Assembly: GCA_016186045.1 (NCBI GenBank) | Contig: JACPMJ010000005.1 | Coordinates: forward strand, 73,143-132,853 | DNA length: 59,711 bases | Direction of reading: 5' to 3' | Source: Candidatus Uhrbacteria bacterium | Lineage (GTDB): Bacteria; Patescibacteriota; Patescibacteriia; JACQRZ01 | Shown here: in pieces, positions 26,936 through 36,751 of the stretch | Layout: every line of letters begins with the position of its first letter | Numbering within the stretch: the first letter of the stretch is position 1 | Position numbers and translations under genes: made by a program | The notes under the pieces: generated by a model | What the model was told of the DNA's origin: nothing | Seen by the model: only the letters and a program-made list of their open reading frames with translations | The model's database searches: none

Positions 26936-29171
26936 ATACTTTTTTTTGAATTCTACTCCTGCGGAAAAGCCGAAACGCGCCATACAGGGCGAAAAACAGA
27001 GCTGGTCCGGCAATGTTTCCGTATTTTACCGCCGCCATTTGCGTTTTACTGTCAAATGCAAGCCGCTGTTGTGCTTTTTGTCTGATGCGAATCCCTGCTA
27101 TGGAATCTTCTTGGCTGAGCCATGCAAGCGCCTCCATGCCAAATCCGATATTTTCCGGAGCGCTTTGCATAAACTGGTCAGTAAGAAAATCAGAATCGCC
27201 TATGATGACCATGCGTCCTTTTCCTGCTTGCTGGTCTTTCTTTGGCATAAGTCCAAGAGCAAGACGCTGTTCTCCCGCATCTTTCATTGAAGGCTGTTCC
27301 TGGGGAGAAATTGAATAATTTTCAGACTGTACGCCGCCGAATTTTGTTGTAGAAAAAAGTGTTTGAGTATCCCATCCTTTTTCAGATACGGATTTCTCGT
27401 CCGCGTCCAAAGAGCTCGGCCATGGCAAGACAATGCTTGCGATTTTTGAAAGTATCGGAGACTGGGAATCTTTTTGTGCGTTTGAACGCACCCAAAACGC
27501 ATAGGGCAAAAAATACCGCACCTGTCCGCCGCTGAAGCTTATTGTTTCGTTTGAGCGAAGATCATACGCGATATTTTGACGCACAATAACGCCGGTCATG
27601 TTCTTTATGAAGTCAGAAAGATTCTGCTTATTCGCCTGCGCGCTTAATGTCTGGGGACTTACCGCAACCGTATCAATCAGAAACAGCGCTGACCCGTTGT
27701 CTTTTTCCACATAATTTTTCAACGCTGTTTGCGTGTCTGCAGGGATTTCCTGACTGGGCCCCGCAACAACAATCGTCTTGATATCTTTTGAAATAGTCGG
27801 TTGTTGCTTATCTGTGAATGTAAGGTCTTGAATGTCGTATTCTTTCCCAAGCTCTGTATTTAACGCGGAATAATCATTCCAACGGTTTTTCTCCCCATGC
27901 CCGGACAAAAACGCAATCTTGGGTTTTTCTTTCACGGTCAATTTTTTTATCAGACTGGTCAGCTGATATTCAAGATCTGATGTATCTTGGATATACGGAA
28001 TGACTTCATTTTTTCCGGCATACGAAAGCGCAATACCCGCATATCCATTCTTGAGCTTAAATTCTTCATTGCTCACCATATTAAATTGCATTTCCCGCAC
28101 TCCTACAGATTGCGCCTCCTGCGCAATTGCCGGAGCTGAAGAGGGATCTTTTGTGGAAACCGCAATATTTCCCCTTCCAAATGTCTGATAATCTCGAATG
28201 ATATCCCGCACATCGCGAAGCGTTGGCTGGAGCTGTGCGGGCAGTTCACGGGAAATATACAGTGTCACAGTAATAATGTCGGGTAAATTGGCGAGAATAT
28301 TTTTTGTTGATGGACTCACGGTATACAAATGATTCTGTGTAAGATCAATACGCCCGGGAATTCTGGCCCCTACGATATTCACAAGTACTGCACATCCTGC
28401 AAAAAGCGCAATGCCAAACTGATATTTTCTGAATAATTCAGCCTTGTTCCCAATGTGCAGTTTGAGAAGCTGAAGATATGCGATACTGGAAAATATACAG
28501 AGTGCGGAAAGAAAATATAACACATCTCGCAGGTCTATCACGCCACGCGCCATTGATTCAAAGTGTGAAAAGACAGAGAGCTGTTCCATGACTGGCGCAA
28601 GGACAAACGGCAACCGTGTTGTCACCATATCAAAACCGATGATCATAAAGAAAAAACTTGCACCTACCGCGACAAGTAATGATGAAATGGCGCTCTGAAA
28701 AAAACTGGATACGCACATACCAAGAGATAGAAATACCGCACCCATGAGGAGCGCGCCAAGATACTGCCCTGCGACAACACCAAAATCCAGTCTACCAAAT
28801 ATCCCAAATGTGACTGCAATAGGAAAGGTGAAAGCGAGCGCAAGGACCACAAAAAGAAATTGCGCGAGAAATTTTCCGAGTAATACTTCTTCCCTGCGAA
28901 TAGGATGCGTCAAAAGAAGCTCAAGTGTGCCATCGCTTTTTTCCTGGGAAATACTTCCCATGGTCAACGCCGGAATAAAGAAAAGAAACATCCAGGGAAG
29001 CAGGTCAAAAAGCGGCCGAAGTGACGCTTCTCCCACAAGAAACGCGCTGCGAAAAAATAAAAATTCCCAAATCACCAAAAATACAATGATAACAATATAC
29101 GCGGTCGGCGCATTGAATAGTGATCTCAGTTCTTTTTTTGCGATTGAATATGCGGTATGAAAATTGAACAT
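26928..29171 (-). CDS. Fused ABC-2 permease (GldF-like) and GldG-like auxiliary domain protein
   Basis: 747 aa. The N-terminal ~250 aa are six-TM ABC-2 like. A large extracytoplasmic domain and a C-terminal TM follow, the typical GldG layout. Confidence 0.75.
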   Translation of the reverse strand: MFNFHTAYSIAKKELRSLFNAPTAYIVIIVFLVIWEFLFFRSAFLVGEASLRPLFDLLPWMFLFFIPALTMGSISQEKSDGTLELLLTHPIRREEVLLGKFLAQFLFVVLALAFTFPIAVTFGIFGRLDFGVVAGQYLGALLMGAVFLSLGMCVSSFFQSAISSLLVAVGASFFFMIIGFDMVTTRLPFVLAPVMEQLSVFSHFESMARGVIDLRDVLYFLSALCIFSSIAYLQLLKLHIGNKAELFRKYQFGIALFAGCAVLVNIVGARIPGRIDLTQNHLYTVSPSTKNILANLPDIITVTLYISRELPAQLQPTLRDVRDIIRDYQTFGRGNIAVSTKDPSSAPAIAQEAQSVGVREMQFNMVSNEEFKLKNGYAGIALSYAGKNEVIPYIQDTSDLEYQLTSLIKKLTVKEKPKIAFLSGHGEKNRWNDYSALNTELGKEYDIQDLTFTDKQQPTISKDIKTIVVAGPSQEIPADTQTALKNYVEKDNGSALFLIDTVAVSPQTLSAQANKQNLSDFIKNMTGVIVRQNIAYDLRSNETISFSGGQVRYFLPYAFWVRSNAQKDSQSPILSKIASIVLPWPSSLDADEKSVSEKGWDTQTLFSTTKFGGVQSENYSISPQEQPSMKDAGEQRLALGLMPKKDQQAGKGRMVIIGDSDFLTDQFMQSAPENIGFGMEALAWLSQEDSIAGIRIRQKAQQRLAFDSKTQMAAVKYGNIAGPALFFALYGAFRLFRRSRIQKKVYE

Positions 29172-29176
29172 ACGTA

Positions 29177-30109
29177 TTATGAAATATTGATACTGGTCAA
29201 AACATGAAAAATATCCTCAAGAGATTTTTCTTCTTCTCCAAGTTTCCAAATAATCCATTGATGTTCACGAGCCAGTCGAGAAATATCCGGCTGGAGTTCT
29301 ATGGATTCCTTTGAGGTAATGCGCGCCCGTATGCGGCCCTGCTCCGTCTTTTCAATCTGGATGTCTTCAATATGCGCCAAGGAGCGTAACGCATACTCAA
29401 TGCCTGCACCTTCAAATTCTCCAAACAGACAGTGTCCGCGGCGCAATGTTCGCGACAACCCCTCTGGCGTGCCATCCGCAATGAGTTTCCCTTTATTAAT
29501 AATAAGCATCCGGGCACAGAGTGCCGATGCTTCTTGTAAAACATGCGTGCTTACCATAATAGTCCGGTCTTTTGCAAGATTTTTAATAAGCGAACGAATG
29601 TCAGTGCGCTGGTTTGGGTCAAGTCCCTCCGTAGGTTCGTCCAAGATAAGAATCTTCGGCTGATGCAGTAATGCCACGGCAAGGCCGACGCGCTGTTTGT
29701 ATCCCTTTGAAAGTTCTCCTATCTTTCGGTAAAACACGTCTCCAATGCCCACGGAAGAAACGACAAAATCATATGCCGCGTGCTGGTCTTTTTTGGGGAT
29801 CTGTTTTGTATCTGCTGAGAATTTCAATAATTCCGAAACAAGCATCTCCTTGTACAATGGATTATTTTCCGGCAAATAACCGATATGCTTCTGAATGTTT
29901 GCCGCTTGTTCAGTAACCAACATGCCATCTATACTGACGCTACCTGCGTCTGGCGCGAGAAAGCCGGTCATCAGGCGCATAGTAGTGGTTTTTCCTGCTC
30001 CATTTGGCCCCAAAAGCCCCACTATTTCTCCCTGCTGGATGTCAAAAGAAAGATCTCGCACCGCATGCACGTCTTTGAATGATTTTGTCAAATTTTCAAC
30101 ATGGATCAT
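29177..30109 (-). CDS. ABC transporter ATP-binding protein
   Basis: Walker A GPNGAGKTT, signature LSKGYKQR, Walker B ILILDEP. Confidence 0.9.
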   Translation of the reverse strand: MIHVENLTKSFKDVHAVRDLSFDIQQGEIVGLLGPNGAGKTTTMRLMTGFLAPDAGSVSIDGMLVTEQAANIQKHIGYLPENNPLYKEMLVSELLKFSADTKQIPKKDQHAAYDFVVSSVGIGDVFYRKIGELSKGYKQRVGLAVALLHQPKILILDEPTEGLDPNQRTDIRSLIKNLAKDRTIMVSTHVLQEASALCARMLIINKGKLIADGTPEGLSRTLRRGHCLFGEFEGAGIEYALRSLAHIEDIQIEKTEQGRIRARITSKESIELQPDISRLAREHQWIIWKLGEEEKSLEDIFHVLTSINIS

Positions 30110-30140
30110 AGATTATTTTTATTCAGTTTTCACTGCAACT

Positions 30141-30170
30141 ATTATAGACGATTTAAAAAAAATTTGTCAA
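30141..30170 (-). promoter_or_regulatory. Sigma70-like promoter for the ABC operon
   Basis: Minus strand: TTGACA-18 nt-TATAAT, about 30 nt upstream of ATG 30109. Confidence 0.5.
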
Positions 30171-30239
30171 GAACAAAAAAATCCCCCTAGGAAACCATGC
30201 GGGATTTTTTGAGTCGCGTCTTTAAAATGACACTGCGGA

Positions 30240-30671
30240 TTATAGCTCATCAAACCATTTTTCTATCACCTCACGGGCAAATTCCGAAAGATTTTTTGGC
30301 AAGCGTTCCACGTGGAACCATTCTGCTTTGCGCGCGCGAATATCCAAAATTTTAAATTCTTTTGTCTTCACGCGCGAAAGGAAGCAATACATGATCTCTC
30401 GCCTGCACCCAAATTTGCAAAACAGCCTCCCTAGTGGAAGTGCATGAGGAATGGGAAGTGAAAATCGATATCGCATGCCCCGATGCGCAGCTTCAAGCGG
30501 CGATTCGTCTATACCAACAATTTCAGTGGGAAAATTCCACCCGGTTCCATGCTTATAATCTACGAGCAACACCTCATCACCGCATAATGGAATGCAGGTG
30601 ATATTATCCCTCCGCGGACGCAGAGAGCATTTGATCCTTCCCAAAATCCGAACAGCTGGAACCATGTGCAT
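30240..30671 (-). CDS. Nudix-fold-like protein with a degenerate Nudix box
   Basis: ...EVLLVDYKHGTGWNFPTEIVGIDESPLEAAHRGMRYRFSL... The REUXEE glutamates are not present. Confidence 0.45.
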   Translation of the reverse strand: MHMVPAVRILGRIKCSLRPRRDNITCIPLCGDEVLLVDYKHGTGWNFPTEIVGIDESPLEAAHRGMRYRFSLPIPHALPLGRLFCKFGCRREIMYCFLSRVKTKEFKILDIRARKAEWFHVERLPKNLSEFAREVIEKWFDEL

Positions 30672-30889
30672 AGAGTTCGTGAATACAAATTATTCCGACA
30701 TGCATGGGGCTCCGTTTGCTGTTTGTTTTTCTTTTGACTCTGTAGTAAGTATAAAATTTTCTTCTCATAAAAGAAATGGGTAAGGGTGTCTTTTTTTGCT
30801 TGACATAAACATGCCGCAAAGATGATGATTATGTATATGGCATCAAGTACTGTCAGACAAAGTATGCACACCCCCTTGACACATGATTA

Positions 30890-30918
30890 TAAAAAATACC
30901 CTGCATCGCATGCAAGGT
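30890..30918 (-). terminator. Intrinsic terminator after prs
   Basis: Minus strand: ACCTTGCA-TGCGA-TGCAGGGT then ATTTTTT. The one non-Watson-Crick pair is G.U on the minus transcript but C.A on the plus strand. Confidence 0.5.
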
Positions 30919-30923
30919 ATATG

Positions 30924-32015
30924 CTATTCGAACAGAGGCGAGACTGTGATATCTTGATGGATCCGCAGTACTGCGTCTGCCAAAAGATCTTCAATCGGCA
31001 GAATCGTAAGTAGATTCCTCAATTCTCTTCGTTTATCTTCCGATATGGGAATAGAGCTCGTGACTGCGATTTCCTTAAACGGAGATCCCAGTAAGTTCTC
31101 TATCGCTTTCCCGGAAAAAACCGGATGCGTTGCCGCCGCAAGAACATACCTTGCGCCACTCTTTTTGAGTGTCCTCCCCACTCCCGCAAGTGTACCGGCA
31201 GTGTCAATCATGTCATCCACTACTACTGCTACCTTACCCTTGACATGGCCAACGACCTTTCCGGTCTCTATCTTGTTGTGTCCGGTACGGCGTTTATCAA
31301 TGATAGCGATATCCACAATCTTGGGCTTCTTCACCCCCTTCTTTTCTTCCTTCGTGAGTTTTTCCCAGTTGTTCATCGCTCTATCGCTCAGCTTCTTCGC
31401 GAATACACGAGCGCGTGTCACGCCGCCGGCATCCGGAGAGACAATGACAATTTCCCCGTGCTGTTCCTGCTTTTGCTCAAGCCACTTGAGAATGACTGGC
31501 GTAGCAAAAAGAGGATCACATGGCTTCTTGAAAAACCCACGTGTTTGCGGAGAATGGATATCAAGAAGCACCGTGCGCGTTGCGCCCGCATTCTCGATTT
31601 TCCGCGCGACAAGCTCTGCGGAAAGAGGCTCTCTTCCCTGAGGCCTATCCTGCCGCGCATACGCAAAATACGGCATTACAGCCACAAGCTGACGAGGAGA
31701 AGCACGCTTGAGTGCATCAAGCATCAGTTCAAGCTCCATAATGGCGGCGTTTACTGCCGGTGGACAGGTGGGTTGAACGACAAACACATTCATCCCGCGA
31801 ACCGACTCCTGAATCTGAACATAAATCTCGCCATCGGCGAAATTCACGATCTTACGTTGCCGCAAAGTGAGGCCAAGACGGTCTGCGATTCCTTCGGCAA
31901 GCGCGGGATGTGCAGTACCGGAAAAAATCTTAAGTCGCGGTTTGGGAGCAAATTCGTATTCCCCATCATGAAGCGGATATTCCTTTGATGAGTCTATTTG
32001 AGGATATTCATTCAT
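30924..32015 (-). CDS. prs: Ribose-phosphate pyrophosphokinase
   Basis: FSGTAHPALAEGIADRLG, DGEIYVQIQESVRGMNVFVVQ and the PRPP loop VVVDDMIDTAGT. ATG 32015 is preceded by AGGAGGAGG. Confidence 0.9.
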   Translation of the reverse strand: MNEYPQIDSSKEYPLHDGEYEFAPKPRLKIFSGTAHPALAEGIADRLGLTLRQRKIVNFADGEIYVQIQESVRGMNVFVVQPTCPPAVNAAIMELELMLDALKRASPRQLVAVMPYFAYARQDRPQGREPLSAELVARKIENAGATRTVLLDIHSPQTRGFFKKPCDPLFATPVILKWLEQKQEQHGEIVIVSPDAGGVTRARVFAKKLSDRAMNNWEKLTKEEKKGVKKPKIVDIAIIDKRRTGHNKIETGKVVGHVKGKVAVVVDDMIDTAGTLAGVGRTLKKSGARYVLAAATHPVFSGKAIENLLGSPFKEIAVTSSIPISEDKRRELRNLLTILPIEDLLADAVLRIHQDITVSPLFE

Positions 32016-32149
32016 CTTCAGATCCTCCTCCTGTGAACATGTGTGAAAGGTACGCCTCCTTGACACCTACCATCTTACAAAAGACAGCGAATTATTACAA
32101 GTCCATCTTTTATGAATAAAAAGCAGCTGAACTCTGATGAGCAGCCGCT

Positions 32150-32467
32150 TTATGCGTATTCAGCGTCGTAAAAACTCACGGGCGGACGGAGCGCCTCATT
32201 GCTATGGCGAACCATCGCATCAAGATGTTGGATATCCTGACGGTCATAGATGCCAATAACTCCCCACTGGCATCCGTATTCGCATCGACGCATTTCCCCG
32301 ATTTGGTACCTTCTTCCATCGAATTTCCATGAGCAGGTATCCAGGTCGATCTCCAATCCATCGACGAGATTTTGTTCGGTGCTCCGAACCGTCGTGTAGC
32401 ATTTGTTGCTCGCATACACAAGAATGATCAGATCTTTCATGAACGGAGTGAATTTTTTCCGTGACAC
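32150..32467 (-). CDS. Hypothetical 105-aa protein
   Basis: GTG 32467 is preceded by AAAGGAGAAAG and has its own promoter. I recognise no family. Confidence 0.45.
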   Translation of the reverse strand: MSRKKFTPFMKDLIILVYASNKCYTTVRSTEQNLVDGLEIDLDTCSWKFDGRRYQIGEMRRCEYGCQWGVIGIYDRQDIQHLDAMVRHSNEALRPPVSFYDAEYA

Positions 32468-32511
32468 GCAGTCTTTCTCCTTTCAAGGAACAGCTCCTTA
32501 CACTGGAAATC

Positions 32512-32540
32512 AGTGTATTAAAGTTCTCATTTATTGTCAA
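32512..32540 (-). promoter_or_regulatory. Sigma70-like promoter for 32150-32467
   Basis: Minus strand: TTGACA-17 nt-TACACT. Confidence 0.45.
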
Positions 32541-32706
32541 TTATGTTCATGGACTTGAACAGGTGGATAAGTGACATTTTTTTTCTTTCCTATCCTTGTC
32601 TATTTACTTTGCATTTTTTGCATCTTTTTGATTTCCTGGCACATTTTGCCGAATCTGCACAGACTGTGCATTGATACTGCCATCCGAATTTGCCTCAGAA
32701 CGTATT

Positions 32707-33918
32707 CTATTCATACCGCAATGCGGTAATCGGATCAAGCTTCGCGGCTCTTTGCGCCGGATAGTATCCAAATATAATACCGATTGCCGCGGAAACCCCA
32801 AAGGCAAGAAAAATAGAAGGCACAGATACCTGACTCTGAATAATTCCCAGCCTATTCACTCCGTACGATATGACAGCGCCCAAAAAAACTCCAATCAACC
32901 CTCCTATGAATGTCAGGGCGATGGATTCTGCTAAAAATTGCTGAGTAATGTCTTTCCGTTTTGCGCCAATTGCCTTGCGAAGACCGATTTCCTTTGTTCG
33001 TTCCGTGACGTTCGTCAGCATCATATTCATGATGCCAATGCCGCCCACCAGGAGTGATATGCCCGCGATCGCCGCAAGGAATAGAGTGAACGTGTTTACT
33101 ACCTGCGTCAGGGTACCTAAAATATCTTCCTGTGAAATAATGGAAAAATCCGGCTCTGAAACACGATGTTTCAGGACAAGCGAATCAGTTGCCGCATCCC
33201 GCACCGTATTCATCTCATCTTTGTTTTGAACGCTGATGGCGATTGATGACAAATAGTCTGCTCCGCTCAGTATTTTCTGCATTGTGGTCAATGGAATAAA
33301 AATCATATCGTCCGGACCGGAAAATCCAGCGCCGCCTTTTGCAGACAGGACTCCTATCACCATAAAATTCATCTTGCTGATCCGAATTGTTTTTCCCATC
33401 GCCTCGCTATCTCCAAAAAGATCTTTTGCCACCGTTGCTCCCAATACCGCACTACGCGCAAGACTTCTCATATGCGCTTCCGTAAGAAATGAACCGTCCG
33501 CCATGGATATGTTTCGCACGGAAAGATACACGGGTGTCGCTCCCATGATGGTTGTATTTGTATTATTCCCAGTAGGCGCGGTGACTTGGAATCTTCGTGA
33601 AGACTCCGGCGATATTTCCGCAATGCCGCTTATCTCACGTAAAACATCCGCATCTTCATTTTTTAATGTCTGCGCAGATCCACGACCGGAAGACACAATA
33701 CCCCGCCCGGGCTGTACCACTCCGGGCATGATCATGAGAAGATTGGATCCAAGCCCCTCAATACTGGATCGTATGGATACTTTTGCGCCTTCTCCAATGG
33801 AAATCATGGCGATCACAGAACTAATGCCGATCACAATACCCAGTATTGTAAGACTTGACCGTACTTTGTTTCCGGACAAAGAGATGTATGTTTCCTGAAA
33901 AATATCATTTATCAGCAT
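32707..33918 (-). CDS. MacB/FtsX-type ABC permease
   Basis: 403 aa. N-terminal TM, a periplasmic MacB_PCD-like domain and a C-terminal FtsX 3-TM bundle. Confidence 0.9.
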   Translation of the reverse strand: MLINDIFQETYISLSGNKVRSSLTILGIVIGISSVIAMISIGEGAKVSIRSSIEGLGSNLLMIMPGVVQPGRGIVSSGRGSAQTLKNEDADVLREISGIAEISPESSRRFQVTAPTGNNTNTTIMGATPVYLSVRNISMADGSFLTEAHMRSLARSAVLGATVAKDLFGDSEAMGKTIRISKMNFMVIGVLSAKGGAGFSGPDDMIFIPLTTMQKILSGADYLSSIAISVQNKDEMNTVRDAATDSLVLKHRVSEPDFSIISQEDILGTLTQVVNTFTLFLAAIAGISLLVGGIGIMNMMLTNVTERTKEIGLRKAIGAKRKDITQQFLAESIALTFIGGLIGVFLGAVISYGVNRLGIIQSQVSVPSIFLAFGVSAAIGIIFGYYPAQRAAKLDPITALRYE

Positions 33919-34624
33919 GATGATGCGCTCTAATTTTTTTGTGTGTTTTTTCGTCGCTCACAAGCAAGCCATCTTTGATAAGCAATATCCTGTCCGTATG
34001 TTCGGCAATTTCACGCTCATGTGTAATAAGAATAATTGTTTTTCCTTCTTTCTCATGAAGCTTCTGAAATGTTCCCAGTACCAGCTCACCTGTTTTTGAG
34101 TCAAGGTTTCCTGTTGGCTCATCTGCCAGGATAAGCGATGGATCATTTACAAGCGCGCGCGCAATGGCAACGCGTTGGATCTGTCCTCCGGAAAGCTGAT
34201 TCGACTTGTGGTAAAAACGATCCTCTTCAAGTCCCACGGAGAGCATGGCTGCGCGAGCCTGCCTTTCGCGTTCCGCATATTTGACGCCCAAATACACCAT
34301 GGGCAACATGACATTTCGCAAGGCGGTGGTGCGCGGCAAAAGACTGAATGACTGGAACACAAACCCGATCTTGTTCTTTCGCATATCAGCAAGTTCGTCC
34401 TCGGAAAGTGATGAGACGTCTCTCCCTTCAAAAAAATACTTCCCGCTTGTTGGTTTGTCTAATGCGCCTAAAATTTGCATGAGCGTGGATTTCCCTGATC
34501 CGGACGGACCCATGATCGCAATGAATTCTCCTGTCCGTACGCAAAAACTGACTCCTTGTAAGGCCTGAAATGAAATGTCTCCCGTAACATATGTTTTTAC
34601 AATATCCTGAATTTGTATAACCAT
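33905..34624 (-). CDS. MacB/LolD-type ABC ATP-binding protein
   Basis: [36 protein letters not shown]. Confidence 0.9.
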   Translation of the reverse strand: MVIQIQDIVKTYVTGDISFQALQGVSFCVRTGEFIAIMGPSGSGKSTLMQILGALDKPTSGKYFFEGRDVSSLSEDELADMRKNKIGFVFQSFSLLPRTTALRNVMLPMVYLGVKYAERERQARAAMLSVGLEEDRFYHKSNQLSGGQIQRVAIARALVNDPSLILADEPTGNLDSKTGELVLGTFQKLHEKEGKTIILITHEREIAEHTDRILLIKDGLLVSDEKTHKKIRAHHHADK

Positions 34625-34633
34625 ACATGTATA

Positions 34634-36751
34634 TCACCTGCCAATACGGACGCCTCCACCTCCGCCAAAATTGCGATTTCCTCCACCGGGAGAACCAAAA
34701 ATGCTTGGCGCCTGAGTTCCATTATTTTTTTCAGTAGTCTTTGTGATGGTTTTGGTGACAATCTGTTCCCCTTCTTTGAGTCCTGAAAGAATTTCTGTAA
34801 ACGTATCATTTGAAAGCCCTGCTTCAACAGTCTGCATATGCAGAGATATTGAAGAAAGAATCCCTTGATTACCTTGTCCCTCATCCGGTAGCGGCGGATC
34901 GAATACTTCAACAACTTGCGCATTACCTCGCGTCTTCAATGCGCTGTTTAAAATCACAAGAACATCCTGATGAATGTTGGTAATAACAGATGCGTTGATG
35001 CTCATCCCCGGCTTTACTCGATCATCCTGCGTGTCAAAAACAATTTTTACATTATACGTCACTACACCCTGCGACATGGTGCCGATTGTATCAATTTCAG
35101 CAACTTCCCCAGTAAGACTTATATTTGGAATGGCATCAAAAGTAAGTGTCGTCTTCTGACCAACCGCAACCCTTGAAACATCAACTTCATTCAGAGAAAT
35201 ATCCGCTGTCTGCTGTTTTGTGATGAATATGGCAAACGCAGCGCTTGGTGAGATGGGATCTCCTATCTTGGCATTTATTTTTGCGACAATGCCGTCAAAC
35301 GGTGCACGGATGGTATAGTCTGTAAGTTTTTCCCGCGCATCCAAGAGTGCGTTCTCTCGTTGTTTCACCGTTAGTTGCTGAGATTGAATATCCACGACAT
35401 CAGGACCTGCTTTCAGTTTTGCGAGTGCGGATTCTTTTTCTTTGACCGCGGCCTGCGCATTGGCGATGTCTATACTGTCTGCGCCTGATCTCAGTTTTGC
35501 GAGTGCGGATTCTTTTTGCTTTAATGACGCTTCTGCGGCAGAGAGGTCAAGAGGATTATTCTGATCCATCTGCTTGAGACTTCGTTCTGTGCCGGCTATT
35601 GTCTCTCGATTGTCCTGAATAGTTCTTTGTATCCCCAAGAGTGTGGAAATATTGGTATTTGTCTGGCTGATATAATTTGCAAGACTTGCCTGGTATTCTT
35701 TTACTTTTGCAAACACGGTCAGATTGTTTTGCGTGCGATCATCGCTCCATGCATTGAGAAGATCACTTTCGCTTTTTGCCGCCTGACTGATGGCTTTTGT
35801 CATATCAATGGTTTCATTAAGAAGCCTATCAATAGTATCCCTATCGGAAGAACGCGACGTGCCTTTATAGTCGCTTAACGCTAAAACGTATGTTGTATTC
35901 GCACGTTTGTAATTCTGCGTGGCCGCATCTCCAAATGATTGTATCCTATCTTTCCCATCTTGCCGAAATGTGGTATTGACAAGGGCGGAAACATTCCATT
36001 GCCCTCTTCCCACAGATGCCTCACTTGCTCCAATCTGATCGCTGTAGAGAATATCATAGAGATTTGTCATTGGTATCGGCAGACTTACAAAATCGTTTGC
36101 AATCGCGTTGAACGCGTCATCGTATGCCTTTGCCAAATTATCTTGTGCTTTTTTCTTCGCCTCTTCTGTTTTTTGATACTCATCCGGCTGAAAAAGTTTT
36201 AATTTTTCGAGAGCGTCCCGCGCGCTTGCAACAGCGTTTTCCATCTGCAAAACCGCATCTTCATCCGCTGGTTTTAATATTTTTTTAAGCGTATTTCGCG
36301 TACTCTCCAACGCATTTTGTGCCTGTAATACTGCGTACGAATCAGCAGGCTGAAGAAGTTTTTTGTATGCGATACGCGCACTTTCCAGATTCACTTGTGT
36401 ATCGCGAACCGCTTTCTGCGCATCGCGCGCGTCAAGAATCGCAAGAACTTCATTCGCCTTTATTTCCTGCCCGTCATGAACCGCAATAGACGTAATATCT
36501 CCAGATGCTTTTGCCTTCACATCCACCTGGTTTGACGCGGAAATCTGGCCGCTTCCGGACACGGATGTGATAAGCGTCCCTTTTTTCACAGTATCAACCA
36601 CATATCTTATCTCTTCCTTGGGACTGAAAAATTTTTTATAACCAACATATCCTCCGCCAATAACCAGTATGATGACAATGAAGAAGATTATCTTTCGTTT
36701 CATGATTTTTTTTAGGAAGTTTGTCATAGTATATTCATATATCTTAGACAA
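34634..36751 (-). CDS. HlyD/MacA-type membrane fusion protein with a very long coiled-coil insert and Gly-rich tail
   Basis: 705 aa. It has an N-terminal TM, a lipoyl-like segment (VKAKASGDITSIAVHDGQEIKANEVLAIL), about 350 aa of helical repeats, a beta-barrel/MPD region and the tail GSPGGGNRNFGGGGGVRIGR. Confidence 0.8.
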   Translation of the reverse strand: MSKIYEYTMTNFLKKIMKRKIIFFIVIILVIGGGYVGYKKFFSPKEEIRYVVDTVKKGTLITSVSGSGQISASNQVDVKAKASGDITSIAVHDGQEIKANEVLAILDARDAQKAVRDTQVNLESARIAYKKLLQPADSYAVLQAQNALESTRNTLKKILKPADEDAVLQMENAVASARDALEKLKLFQPDEYQKTEEAKKKAQDNLAKAYDDAFNAIANDFVSLPIPMTNLYDILYSDQIGASEASVGRGQWNVSALVNTTFRQDGKDRIQSFGDAATQNYKRANTTYVLALSDYKGTSRSSDRDTIDRLLNETIDMTKAISQAAKSESDLLNAWSDDRTQNNLTVFAKVKEYQASLANYISQTNTNISTLLGIQRTIQDNRETIAGTERSLKQMDQNNPLDLSAAEASLKQKESALAKLRSGADSIDIANAQAAVKEKESALAKLKAGPDVVDIQSQQLTVKQRENALLDAREKLTDYTIRAPFDGIVAKINAKIGDPISPSAAFAIFITKQQTADISLNEVDVSRVAVGQKTTLTFDAIPNISLTGEVAEIDTIGTMSQGVVTYNVKIVFDTQDDRVKPGMSINASVITNIHQDVLVILNSALKTRGNAQVVEVFDPPLPDEGQGNQGILSSISLHMQTVEAGLSNDTFTEILSGLKEGEQIVTKTITKTTEKNNGTQAPSIFGSPGGGNRNFGGGGGVRIGR
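35413..35517. repeat. Perfect 27-nt direct repeat inside the MFP gene (35413-35439 and 35491-35517), 78 nt apart
   Basis: tcagttttgcgagtgcggattcttttt occurs twice and encodes the duplicated KESALAKL heptad segment. Confidence 0.85.

Noticed and set aside
31125-31988. Long antisense shadow ORFs. Examples: 287 aa opposite prs; 10246-10773 opposite dnaE; 33284-33898 opposite the permease; 38267-38542 across the REP element
   Set aside because: Each lies fully inside a well-supported gene on the other strand, or spans repeat DNA. None has a recognisable motif or an RBS.
35413-35517. Direct repeats (also 50904-50968) considered as CRISPR or tandem-repeat arrays
   Set aside because: The 27-nt repeat has only two copies and lies in frame inside the MFP coiled coil. 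The heptamer array units are far too short and lack spacers. No CRISPR array is present in the window.
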